A program made the translations under genes and the position numbers. A stretch of DNA of 63,656 nucleotides, the filler included, from Barthelona sp. PAP020 (Eukaryota): assembly GCA_040182905.1 (NCBI GenBank). It is 8 parts of 8 records of this genome, joined end to end, with 100 filler letters (N's around TTAATTAATTAA, not from the genome) between each part and the next. Parts side by side here need not be neighbours in the genome. Positions count along the whole stretch, not along the records: positions 47,883 to 55,722 come from JARQWU010000476.1; positions 55,823 to 63,656 come from JARQWU010000477.1; 6 more parts are not named here. The stretch is one strand, 5' to 3'. Below the pieces are notes generated by a model. It made no database searches, was not told the origin of the DNA, and was given only the letters and a program-made list of their open reading frames with translations. Below are positions 53,665 to 63,656 of this stretch, in pieces. Positions within the stretch are counted from its first letter, which is position 1. Every line of letters begins with the position of its first letter.

Positions 53665-54879
53665 ATGCAGTATTTATTTTCAATGGCTGGACCATCTTTG
53701 CCTATTAAACCTTCTTCAGATAGGATATCAAAGTTAGTTTTAGAAGGACATGAATTCAATCATGATATGTATTGTCAATTGATGCAAGAATTATATGAAG
53801 AAGATTTATTTCCCAATCCAAGTTTGGTGATTGATTTATTTGATTTTTTTTGTCCTCAATTAGAATATTTACCGAATGTAGTTCGTGTTCCTTATGTAAC
53901 CGAGGGGGAATATGTTGTTGTTGGAGATTTACATGGTAAATTTTATGACTTGTGTAACATTTTGAAACATTTTGACATTTTATACAAACCACCCAAAGAA
54001 AATTTTTTCATAATATTTAATGGAGATTTTATTGATAGAGGAGCATATTCTTTGCATACTTTCTTAACATTAGTGATGTTACGACATTTATATCCTAATA
54101 ATATATTTTTGAATCGTGGTAATCATGAATCTGTTTATTCTTCCTTCTTATATGGATATTTGTTTCAATTGCATTCTGCCTATGGTAAACAAGGAATTAG
54201 TATTTGGACAAGAAGCTTGAAATTGTTCAAGAGTCTTCCTTTAATTACTGTTTATGCTGATGCTGTCGCCATTGTTCATGGAGGTATTTCTGTCGACATT
54301 GATTCTTCTTCTGCTGATATAGTGACTCATTCTTTGGAGGAAATCAATGATATTTGTCGTTTTGTTGAGCCTGGGAACAATCCTATTTTGGAAAACTTAT
54401 TATGGGTTGATCCTATTGATTCAAATCAATACAGATTGGAACCTTCCCAAAGAGGCATTGGATATTTGTTTCCAGAGCCTGTAACAAGAACTTTTTTAGA
54501 ATCTAATAATCTAAAATTGTTGGTAAGATCTCATGAGATGTTCAAAGAGCCTACTCTTTGTCATGGAGGAAAATGTATCACTGTTTTTTCATCTCCAGCA
54601 TATTGTGACAGTACAAATCCTGGTTTTTGTATTAAATTTCATGCGGAAAATTTATTGAAAGAAAAAATTCCCTCATTTGAAACATGGACTTTTGAGCCCT
54701 CTCAACAACCCAGTGATACACCTGCCTCTTTCAATCCACATACTACTCTTGGCATTTTATTGCCTCCTGTGAGGGAAGATTTAGCAAAGCTTTCACCAGC
54801 TGAAATGGTCGGAATTGAAGAATTTATGAATACCATGTTTGGTGGTGTTGATGTTGTTGAACAAGAACAACAAATTTAA
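53665..54879 (+). CDS. PP5/PPEF-like Ser/Thr phosphatase without a TPR domain
   Basis: GDLHG, IFNGDFIDRG, NRGNHE, HGG, LLW.DP, VRSHE, HGGKCITVFS...YCD; start may be 53683. Confidence 0.88.
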   Translation: MQYLFSMAGPSLPIKPSSDRISKLVLEGHEFNHDMYCQLMQELYEEDLFPNPSLVIDLFDFFCPQLEYLPNVVRVPYVTEGEYVVVGDLHGKFYDLCNILKHFDILYKPPKENFFIIFNGDFIDRGAYSLHTFLTLVMLRHLYPNNIFLNRGNHESVYSSFLYGYLFQLHSAYGKQGISIWTRSLKLFKSLPLITVYADAVAIVHGGISVDIDSSSADIVTHSLEEINDICRFVEPGNNPILENLLWVDPIDSNQYRLEPSQRGIGYLFPEPVTRTFLESNNLKLLVRSHEMFKEPTLCHGGKCITVFSSPAYCDSTNPGFCIKFHAENLLKEKIPSFETWTFEPSQQPSDTPASFNPHTTLGILLPPVREDLAKLSPAEMVGIEEFMNTMFGGVDVVEQEQQI

Positions 54880-55077
54880 ATTTAGTTTTTTTAAAAGCAA
54901 GAGATTTAAAATAAAGGAAAGTTCCTGCTGGTTTATTTTCAATTTTCTTTCATCAAAGTCTTCTTTTGTTTATAGTTATCAAGTAAAAATCATAAAATTT
55001 AATTATTTTTTTATACAATGTCATTTGAAGAAAAAAAAGATTTTTTTGAAAAAAATGGCTAAGGGAAGAGTAAGAGA

Positions 55078-55530
55078 TTAAATATTGCTTGATATGTATA
55101 ATTCCATGTGAATTCCATCTAAAAAGTTCCAATAGTATTGGTTTGTGAAGGTGACTTGTGCAAATCCTAACTTTTCATAAAATTTAATACCCTTTTCATT
55201 ATTTAGGTATGTATCTACAGTAATTTTGCTAATTCCTTTACTTTGACAATGGTAATAAAACAAATCAAATAATTTAAAGGCAATTCCTTGTCGCCTATAA
55301 TCAGTTTCAACTATTAACATCCCAATATAGCCTCTTTTTGAGCTAATTTCAGATAAAAGAATTCCAACAATCTCATTTTTATCATTTTCAGCGATGAAAC
55401 AAGCTTCAGGGTTGTTTGAAACAAACCATCTGAAAGTGTACAATGAATATGGTTCGGGCAAGTGTTTTTCTGACAAAGCACTTATACTTTTTAGGTCTAT
55501 TTCACCCAAGTATTTTCGATATCGAATCAT
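55078..55530 (-). CDS. NAA30: NatC catalytic N-acetyltransferase NAA30/MAK3-like
   Basis: L.EPYSLYTFRWFV.N.P..CF.A, RGYIGML.V..DYRRQGIA, FYEKLGF. Confidence 0.8.
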   Translation of the reverse strand: MIRYRKYLGEIDLKSISALSEKHLPEPYSLYTFRWFVSNNPEACFIAENDKNEIVGILLSEISSKRGYIGMLIVETDYRRQGIAFKLFDLFYYHCQSKGISKITVDTYLNNEKGIKFYEKLGFAQVTFTNQYYWNFLDGIHMELYISSNI

Positions 55531-55578
55531 GCAGTAAAAATGTTGTTGAATATTTTTCTCATTTTTCGACAGAATTAA

Positions 55579-55722
55579 ATGAGTGAAATATTTTATTATA
55601 GGAATATAGACCTCGATGATAGGGGCAGAGTCGTATTATTTAAGGATGAAGTGGTCTCTGTTACAAAAAGGGAAGTGAAATGGTATGAATTAAACACATT
55701 ATTGAGCGAACATTGCGAAATA
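55579..55722 (+). CDS. Probable ESCRT-II VPS36 (start of GLUE domain), 5' fragment
   Basis: IDLDDRGRVVLFKDEV.....VKWYE resembles the VPS36 N-terminal L...GRP.L...E.....V.LY. Confidence 0.5.
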
Positions 55723-55822
55723 NNNNNNNNNNNNNNNNNNNNNNNNNNNNNNNNNNNNNNNNNNNNTTAATTAATTAANNNNNNNNNNNNNNNNNNNNNN
55801 NNNNNNNNNNNNNNNNNNNNNN
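55723..55822. other. Artificial contig linker
   Basis: N44-TTAATTAATTAA-N44. Confidence 0.98.
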
Positions 55823-57193
55823 AACAAGGTCAGCAACTGAGTTGCCAGCAGCTAATACAATCAAACCCAAAAGCAATGGAGAGAAATCCATGATGATACC
55901 AACAGTTTGAATCAAATCAATAACAACGGTAGCCATTATATACATCCAAGCAATAGACAAACAAAAGGATAATGTACCAAATAACCAAGTTGGACGAGGG
56001 AACTGTTTCTTGCTAATTTCAATTACCATCCAAATGGTAAGTGGAACAGCAAAACAATAACATATCAATCTGATGGGTAATCCAAACAAGGTTAAAGAAC
56101 CGGTGCTTGTTATAATGAACATAAACTCAACAGCGCAGATGGGTTGAAATACAGCTAACAATGGGATAAAAGATTCCTCTTCAACGCAAGGAACAGTCAT
56201 GTTTCTGGCTAACGTAAATGGAGCCTCAATCACATAAAACAATTTATCAAGCAAAGATTTTTCTTTCCACTGAATTGAAGCAACAGCATGAGCAAAAAGG
56301 CCCATTGTCCTCCAATCTGGAGCTTCACTTTCATCATCATCAGATTTTTCTTCATTATCATCTGGATCAATTCCTACAAGATAATTATCATTACCAGGAT
56401 CATCATCATCCTTGACCATCTTCTTATCAGAGCACACTTGAATTACAATAACAGATAACACGTAGGTGAAATAAAAGACAAGGAATGCAACAGATTCAGC
56501 CAAATCAATGCTTTGTTTTGGTAAGATGAAAAACATCAAAACAGTAGCAACAAGATAGGTAATAGTGTCTCTCATGAATGGAAAAGGTTCTAATTGGACT
56601 TTTGAAACCATACAAACAGCACCCATAACTAAACAAGAGATAAATAAACCGGATCCTAATGCTCCACCAATGGCCAATTCAGCACCCTCATCAGATGTTC
56701 CAGCAATAATACTAAAGACATCAGGAGCACCATTTCCAAGAGCTAACAATGTACTTCCGGCAGTAGCTTCAGATAACTTCATAGCAATCGATAATTTGTC
56801 AAGTGAAGGACAAAAATAGTTTTCTGCAGTACTTGACAATAAACCAAAGAAAAACACAAGGATTAAAATGATTAAAATCATCCCAACAACTCTCATCTGT
56901 CCAAACTGACAGTAATAATATTGTAAAAAAGGAACTAACTCCATAATTTCTAAACAATCATCTCTATTAACATAAGCGCATGCATCACCGCTTGAATCAG
57001 GATCATGACAAGCTGCTTCACCGCCATTATCATTGTCGCCAGTGTTAAAAATAAGTGAATTCAAATCATTTGAAGGTTGGGAAAATGTTGAAAAATTGGA
57101 CACAAAACCATATCCAACAAAAACCACAATCACAGTCAATGTCCATACTAACTTGATAGATTTTTTTTTTTGTTGTAAATCTTTGGATATCAT
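55823..57193 (-). CDS. Cation/Ca2+ exchanger, CCX/NCLX subfamily, 3'-truncated
   Basis: Alpha-1 repeat AGSTLLALGNGAPDVFS, alpha-2 LAAGNSVADLV, N-terminal C..V....C....FLQYYYC. Confidence 0.92.
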
Positions 57194-57471
57194 ATTTGTG
57201 AAAGAATAACTTTTTGGAAAATCGAAATCCCTTTAATTTGCAAAAAAAATTCAAGAATTTTTTATCAATAAAGGTTCAATCTTTTTTTACCAAACAAACA
57301 AATAATACAACAACACAGTTTATTATGCATTCTCCTTTCTCTAAAAAGATTTCTTCAAGAACAAATCATTTTTGATTGTTTACTTAAGAAAAAATATATT
57401 TAACAAAATTAAAGACACAAAATAGCATGTTTAAAAAATAAAAAAAGTAAAAAAATTAGAATTTTTTTTTG

Positions 57472-58214
57472 ATGTCACACGGACCTGCCAATTATAATTC
57501 CAGGGTACTTGTTGGAAACTGGTGGGAAGAACAAAGTATTATTTATTAATTTTATTTCGCTGACAATAAGTTATGGAAGATGAAATTACTTCCTCATTTT
57601 CTCAAAGCAATCAATTGATGGAAGAAACTCAAAATGCCAGTAGAGTTGTTTTTGAACCAAAAAATAGTTTACCTCTAACTGAAGAATTGAAAAATGGTTC
57701 TCAAATATGTATTTCTCCTTCTTCAAATGAATTATTCTGTTGTTTTGATAAGAATTTTACAATTGACGAAAACCCAATTGTCTATTTAACTACCATAAAA
57801 CATAATGACGTCAGATCTATATTTGAAATTGAAGTTGACCATGAAGAAGATGTTAAGTATTTTGATACGGTGCGTTTTGTTTTAAAAGATAAAGATGTTT
57901 TACCTGAGCCCCTCTATTTGTGTTCTTCAACCTCTACATTTTCATTTTGCTCTCCAATCACTCGTTTAAATCCTGTATATCTCTCTTCTTTGAAAAATCA
58001 GGGTGAATGGATTATTGAACCCTCTGTTCGTAATAAAGATTACTTGTATGCTGGAAAACCTGTGGCTGAAGCATTTGTATTGAGACATTCCTTAACTGGT
58101 TGCTTATTGGCAGTTTCTAAACCATTAATTGACCGGGAAGGTATTGAATTAGTCACCAAAACATCCACTGATAACTTTGGACGTTTCACTCCAGATTGCA
58201 TTTTTATAAGATAA
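57472..58214 (+). CDS. CFAP161: CFAP161-like axonemal microtubule inner protein; exons 57472-57535 and 57571-58214
   Basis: Spliced N-terminus YNSRVLVGNWWEEQIMED, then RSIFEI, PLYLCS and LRHSLTGCLL beta-trefoil-like motifs. Confidence 0.7.
57536..57570 (+). other. Spliceosomal intron, 35 nt
   Basis: GTATTA...GCTGAC-AATAAG; in-frame join A|TT ATG. Confidence 0.85.
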
Positions 58215-58371
58215 AGAAGTTTTTATTGTTTTTTGAAGTTGTTGTTTGTGTTATAAACTTGATAAATTGATGAAATTTCACACAAATTTTTTATTGAATT
58301 TTTTTTCAATTGTTTATTTTTCCAATAACCTTTTTTTTTGTTTTTGAAAGTAATTTTTATTTGAACAAATA

Positions 58372-58455
58372 TTTCAGGATGATATTTACTAATTCAACTC
58401 AGACTTCAACTACATTCGTGGTGAGATCTTAATCGAGCTTTTTAATTCTGATCTT
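58372..58455 (+). ncRNA. Box C/D snoRNA, SNORD36/snR47-like (18S rRNA 2'-O-methylation guide)
   Basis: Variant box C AGGATGA (58376-82), D'-like CAGA, C'-like TGGTGA, guide CGAGCTTTTTAA (58434-45) complementary to conserved 18S UUAAAAAGCUCG, box D CTGA (58448-51). Confidence 0.85.
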
Positions 58456-58572
58456 TTTTCTTTTATTTTTTGAAAAAAATAACTAATTTATAGAAAATGT
58501 TTCTTTTATCCAGATTTTTCAATCATAAATACTTAAAAAAAAATATTCTTTTATTAAAAAATTGATGTTATT

Positions 58573-59238
58573 TCAAATATCAGATAAATCCGAGTCTGTC
58601 AACTCATCTTCAACAGGGATAATATATTCTTGTTGAACAATTGAATCAGAAGGTTCCTCATCAAACAGACTAAAATTTTGAAAATCAATTGTATGTTTGG
58701 CTACAGCAGCAAGACTAGGACTAACAGGGGGTTTTGAATTTAGACTTTGAAGTGTACTTTGCCACTCTTTGAGAATATCTAAATTAGTTTTTCCACATAC
58801 AGAACAATAACACGCATGAGAATCAACAGCCAATTTTTTGCAAATCTTTTCATGTGGATAAATACCTCCTATATGATTAGTGTCATCAACAACCAAATAA
58901 CTAGCCATTGCCTGAATCATTGTGCTTATTGTCCATGTTTTAATCCATGACTCTGGGTGATAACTAGTAAAAGTTAGGCATATATCTCTGCGAATTGCAT
59001 AACGTCCACTAGGTGTAGTCATTTGAAAACTGGGTGGACTATTAGGATAATCATCGGGTAATTTCATAATACCATGATAAATTCCACCTTCGAAAAAAGA
59101 TGATGCTGGTCCTAAAAATATAAAATGAATGGAAAATAGATCGTTTTCATCAGGAGACCACCAAATATCCGGAGGAGGATTTTGTAAAAAAGCCGAATAT
59201 TCGCTTTTAATTTTTGACATGGAATTAGAATTGAACAT
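58573..59238 (-). CDS. Ubiquitin-conjugating enzyme, UBE2J/Ubc6 family
   Basis: FEGGIYHG, DYPNSPP, TPSGRY...ICLTFTSYHPESW...W, CYCSVCG. Confidence 0.9.
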   Translation of the reverse strand: MFNSNSMSKIKSEYSAFLQNPPPDIWWSPDENDLFSIHFIFLGPASSFFEGGIYHGIMKLPDDYPNSPPSFQMTTPSGRYAIRRDICLTFTSYHPESWIKTWTISTMIQAMASYLVVDDTNHIGGIYPHEKICKKLAVDSHACYCSVCGKTNLDILKEWQSTLQSLNSKPPVSPSLAAVAKHTIDFQNFSLFDEEPSDSIVQQEYIIPVEDELTDSDLSDI

Positions 59239-59532
59239 GTGAAAATAAATGAAGAAAAAAAAATTAAAATACCTTTGGAATTCATCACTTTATTTTGAAC
59301 TTCAAGTTAAGTAATAGTTAAAATCAAATTAATCAATAATCTGGATGTGAAAAAAAATGAATGGCAAAAAAGAAATCAATAAAAACAAGGAAAAGACTTG
59401 ATTAAATTAAAATTTACCGAAAAGAAGTAGTATGAATAAACATTTTAAATTAAATTATGTGAAACTAAATGATTGAAGACAACTGAGGAAAAAAAGATTC
59501 AATGTATAATTTTTGTTGAACATTTAATATCA

Positions 59533-62502
59533 ATGAGTGAACGACGTAATCAAGTTATTGATGCATTTACACAATTTTATAATTCATCAAGTGATAATGA
59601 AAGAAACCAAGCTCATGAGTATTTATTAGATTTTAGAAATCGTTCCGACAGCTGGAATATATGTTTAGAATTATTGGAACAACCTGATGGTGATATTCAA
59701 TTCTATGCAGGTCAAATATTGTATTTAAAAATTACTGAAGATGTTTTCTTGAAAAATATCGATGTTGAACAGGCGAAAAATTGTTGCATTCCTTTATTAC
59801 GAAAATTTTCTGATTCTTCTTTTGATTATGAAAATGCGGTGCATCGAGTGAGTGCTTGTTTGGGCTCATTATGTTTATTGTTTGAAGATGATATTCAAGC
59901 CTTTTTAGAAAGCTTTAATACATATATTGGAATAGGTGATTCATTGAAATGCTTGTATTTTTATCTGGCGCTTGCGGAAGAATACAATAGGAGATGTAGA
60001 TCAAAACATATCTCCGCGATTAGTCTAAAAACTACAAAAAGCATTTTGGTTGAACTTTCTAGTTCGTTATTGACTATTATAAAGAGCATCATTGAATCTG
60101 ACAGTGAGGACATTACCTCCAATGTGGCTGTGACTATTTTCAAGACCATTAGGGAATGGGCTCACGCTGAGATTATTAGTCTTGAAGTTTTTGCTGAAAA
60201 TTGGGATGTGATGGAAGTCTTTATTGAAAGTGTAATATTGACGGATTATTGTGGGGATGCAGCAAAAGCTTTAGTTGAAATTTTCGTTGGATTTAAAATA
60301 CCTGAACACAAAGCGCTTCGAAATTTATTTTTGGATACATTATTAGCAAATATTGATTCTTTGACTGAAATTTTATTTGATAGTTCCAGAAAAGAAGATG
60401 CTATTGCTGTTGCTGAACTTTGTGTAGCTATTACAGAGTGCTCAATTGTTTCGTTTGATGATGATGAATTTCAACAATATTTATCTCCCCTTTTACGTTG
60501 GTTATACAATATTGTTTGTGTTCCTACCATAAATGTGGCAATTATTGCATTTGATATCCTTGTGTTATTAGAAGATTGGTTGACAGAAGAGATGATTCCT
60601 GAATTCTTGGTGCCTTTTGGGTTTCAAATAGCAAAACATGCTTTGTTACCTATAGATATTGATTCAAATGAAACGTTACAGCATCATGCCAAACATAGTC
60701 AGATAGATTTTGATTATCTGGCAAATATCCGATCTTTGATAGAGGATTCGTTGAATTGTGTGTATAATAACATTGGTGATGAGTATTTTAGACAATATTT
60801 GGGAATGTTTCTCAATATTCTTCAAAATGATGATATATCCCACTCTGAAGATTTATTAAACTATACTGATGTTTTAGACGTGTATTCAAATGAAAATATC
60901 TTTGAAAATGCAGGGGAAATTTATCAAATGTTTGTTTCAAAAGATTGGAAACTTTTGGAACTTTTATTTTTCATTTTCCAATGTCCCATTGAGGCTGAAA
61001 TCAGTAGTTCTGAGGTTATTTTTTTGATAAATATAATTGTTGAAATGTTTCAACAAACACCCACTTATCGACAGTTACCTTTACAATTACTTCTCAGTGG
61101 CATGAAATCTTTTACGAGATATTCGAGTGTAGTGTGTGAAACTTTGAATATGGAACTGATTCAAGAGCTCATAAAACTATTTTCCACCAATTGGGGACGT
61201 TTGCCTGTTTTGACTGAGATTTGTGGGAAATGCCTATTGAACCTGTTCAGAGACTTATACATCCGAAACAACATATCCGCTGATACTTTGAGCGAATATT
61301 TTGAAGAAAGCTTATACATATTTTTGAAGCCCATTGAAAATGGATTTAACATTCAAGGTGATTTTGGTAAATTGCTAAGAGTTTTGCCCTCACCATTGAA
61401 CGAGACTTTTGTGGATGTTTTGGTCACAGAAGTGATAAAGAATATCAATTTTAATGTGAAGGACAGTGGCAATGTCATCGAAAATTTCAAGATACTAGCA
61501 AAATACCTTCTAGAATGCTATAATGTGGCAAATGAAGATCATGAAGTGATGGAAGATGAAGACAGCTTGGATGAAGAAATTGTTCAACCTTTATTTTTGA
61601 ATTCCATCTCCATCGAAGTTCTGGAGAGTTTTTGTGAAATTTGTTTGAATTCTTCAAAAAAAGAAAAAGACTCTTTGCTAGCGGGTTTAAGCAACATCTT
61701 TGTCTCAATTGCTACATTTTCTCATGAATTTAACAACGAAATTTTAGATGGGTTTGTGACTTTAGTGATCAACATGTTCAAGGAAAGTCAAGATTATTCG
61801 CTGTTATTGTCCATAGCTACTGTCGCTGAAAAATCATCAGAAAATTCAATTGCTTTGCTTGAGATGCTTCATCCCATCGTCATTGATTCAATACAGAAAG
61901 GATTTGGTTCAGGTAAAACATTTGATGAGAAAGTTTTAGTAAAACATACGGAACTTTTGAAACATTACATCAAAGTTATAAAGTTTGCTTTCATGTACGA
62001 TAAGACCAATTTTGTTGATGTTGACCATTTTGCGTCAATTGTTGAACTGTTAGTCACCTCATTAAAGATTAACAACAGGACGATCAATGTTCAAATTACC
62101 GATATCTTCATACAGATGATTAACAGAAAGATGATTGACGATTTATTAATAGATCAGCTATTTGATACTTGTTTAGTTTCCATTAGTGAAGGGGTTATTT
62201 CAGTACGAAACTTTTGTAAACTTTTGTATGTTTTGAAAGATAACTTTATTGTGGAATTCACTGATAATTTGAAAGCATGTTTGTTGAGAGAAGATTTGTT
62301 GGAAGAAACCAACATCAAGGAAAAAAGTCGTGGTAAGAGTCAACAACAAACCTTGTTTAAAAATTATACAGAAGCCAAGTTCTTCGTTGATCAGATTATA
62401 TCTTCGAAAAAGTTCAGTGATTTTAAAGATTTGTTGTTACTGCTGTCAGGTAAATACGTTTCGAAAAGTTCTAATCAAGACAATAGAGGATGGTTTGATT
62501 GA
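59533..62502 (+). CDS. Importin-beta family karyopherin (transportin-3/importin-13-like)
   Basis: QAHEYL..F.....SW.IC..LL......QFYAGQILYLKI (IBN_N), LAEE and FK...EW (Xpo1-like); HEAT-rich ~990 aa. Confidence 0.8.
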   Translation: MSERRNQVIDAFTQFYNSSSDNERNQAHEYLLDFRNRSDSWNICLELLEQPDGDIQFYAGQILYLKITEDVFLKNIDVEQAKNCCIPLLRKFSDSSFDYENAVHRVSACLGSLCLLFEDDIQAFLESFNTYIGIGDSLKCLYFYLALAEEYNRRCRSKHISAISLKTTKSILVELSSSLLTIIKSIIESDSEDITSNVAVTIFKTIREWAHAEIISLEVFAENWDVMEVFIESVILTDYCGDAAKALVEIFVGFKIPEHKALRNLFLDTLLANIDSLTEILFDSSRKEDAIAVAELCVAITECSIVSFDDDEFQQYLSPLLRWLYNIVCVPTINVAIIAFDILVLLEDWLTEEMIPEFLVPFGFQIAKHALLPIDIDSNETLQHHAKHSQIDFDYLANIRSLIEDSLNCVYNNIGDEYFRQYLGMFLNILQNDDISHSEDLLNYTDVLDVYSNENIFENAGEIYQMFVSKDWKLLELLFFIFQCPIEAEISSSEVIFLINIIVEMFQQTPTYRQLPLQLLLSGMKSFTRYSSVVCETLNMELIQELIKLFSTNWGRLPVLTEICGKCLLNLFRDLYIRNNISADTLSEYFEESLYIFLKPIENGFNIQGDFGKLLRVLPSPLNETFVDVLVTEVIKNINFNVKDSGNVIENFKILAKYLLECYNVANEDHEVMEDEDSLDEEIVQPLFLNSISIEVLESFCEICLNSSKKEKDSLLAGLSNIFVSIATFSHEFNNEILDGFVTLVINMFKESQDYSLLLSIATVAEKSSENSIALLEMLHPIVIDSIQKGFGSGKTFDEKVLVKHTELLKHYIKVIKFAFMYDKTNFVDVDHFASIVELLVTSLKINNRTINVQITDIFIQMINRKMIDDLLIDQLFDTCLVSISEGVISVRNFCKLLYVLKDNFIVEFTDNLKACLLREDLLEETNIKEKSRGKSQQQTLFKNYTEAKFFVDQIISSKKFSDFKDLLLLLSGKYVSKSSNQDNRGWFD

Positions 62503-63005
62503 ATCCAGATTTACCATGTTTGAATTTGAAATAATATACAATGCTTAAAATAAAGTTTTTTATGTGTGTGTTTGTATCTATGCAAGATATATATCATGAG
62601 GAAAAAAGAATGACTTATATAAATAAATATTTGATAAACATTTTTGTTAAGTGAACGTATGTGTTTAATGTAAGAACTGAACCAAAAGGATAAGTGTTCA
62701 AAGTGAGGAGACGGACTTAATAAAGAAAAGTGAGTTTTTTGTTGGTTTCTTCTTCAATTTCGGACATCAAGGGATTTCAAAATTGAAATTCTCATAAATC
62801 AAATGAAAATTAAGAAAAAGAACAAGTGCAAACAAATTGAGTCAATAGTAAACAAGATTTATGAAAACATTGAAAAGTGTGTAAAGATCGCAAGAATATA
62901 TCCTTGAAGAAGAAGAAGAAGAAGGGTGTTCATCCTCTTTTAAAGTGTTCTGAAGTAATCGAAGCACAAATATCCAAAACATGTTTCAATCTGTAACCCA
63001 AAGAA

Positions 63006-63505
63006 AGTGGTATCAAAGGGGACAAAATTCACCCAAAAAATCAAAATACGGAATAATCATTGCTCTTGGTTTTACTTTTGCACATCTAAATATCAACAAG
63101 ATTATTATATAAATGCTCCAATCGCCATAAAGTGCTCTAAGCAAAGAGGATGAATTTCACCAAAAAAAACAAAATAACCATTGTTTAAAGTTTATTCTTG
63201 TACTGATTGATAAATAAGTCGTAGGATGAAATAAATATCTTTACAAATGAACTAAAATAATCTCTATTTTGGTACCAATATTTCAAACATCACAAGTAGG
63301 ATTAGAATATACAGTTGTATAACAGTTACCAAAGCATTAAGTATGGAGATATTAGGATGTAATCTGAATAAGTCAGATTCCCAGAAAAAAAAGAACACGA
63401 GACCTTTTGATTGTTAAGTTAGACCAAGTAATCAGTGTTCGCAGCAAAGCGGACGGATTTCATCGGAAAGACAAAAAGACATTGTTCTAGGTTTTATTTT
63501 TGCAC
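63006..63505. repeat. Three degenerate ~75-bp copies (63006-63083, 63131-63203, 63434-63505)
   Basis: Shared AGTG...CAAAG.GGA...A.TTCA...AAA...CATTG.T...GTTT.....TG.AC skeleton. Confidence 0.55.
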
Positions 63506-63656
63506 TTTTGATTGTTAAAAATAATCCAAACCATATACAATAAAGGTCTTTATAAGCATTTTTGAGCTGGTACAGCGAAATTTTCAACATCTGAACATAT
63601 CCAACTCGTACAGGTTTCAATACTTGTACGGAAGTATGTAACAGTTTACACCAGAG

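Overview
Eukaryotic, very AT-rich, gene-dense DNA from a flagellated protist (DRC3/LRRC48, CFAP161-like, IQ protein). The standard code fits: TAA, TAG and TGA all end genes. The window is not one locus. It is eight unrelated ~7.8-7.9 kb contigs, sorted by length and joined by artificial 100-nt linkers (44N-TTAATTAATTAA-44N), so gene order across linkers means nothing. Most of the DNA is single-copy housekeeping genes with tiny intergenic gaps (34-100 nt): Arf, p24, UMP1, poly(A) polymerase, SUN, DNAJC3, CHMP1, eIF3g, RMC1, DMC1, PP2A-like, PP5-like, NAA30, VPS36-like, CCX/NCLX, UBE2J and an importin-beta. The few introns are short (35-43 nt), sit near the 5' end of genes, and have a CTRAY branch motif 6-8 nt from the 3' end. 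The eIF3g intron appears to end in AT instead of AG. An intergenic SNORD36/snR47-like C/D snoRNA is present. Accessory islands of expanded families lie between these genes: (pseudo)kinase-ankyrin genes whose 99-bp repeats are near-identical except at the binding-surface residues, a kinase fused to a HECT N-lobe with no catalytic C-lobe (two copies), paralogous WD40 proteins with a shared unrecognised C-terminal domain, and degenerate dispersed repeats. A TtcA-like tRNA thiolase preceded by a degenerate copy of its own fold, and an HNH-like protein, also stand out. All protein identifications come from motif recognition by eye; no searches were run.
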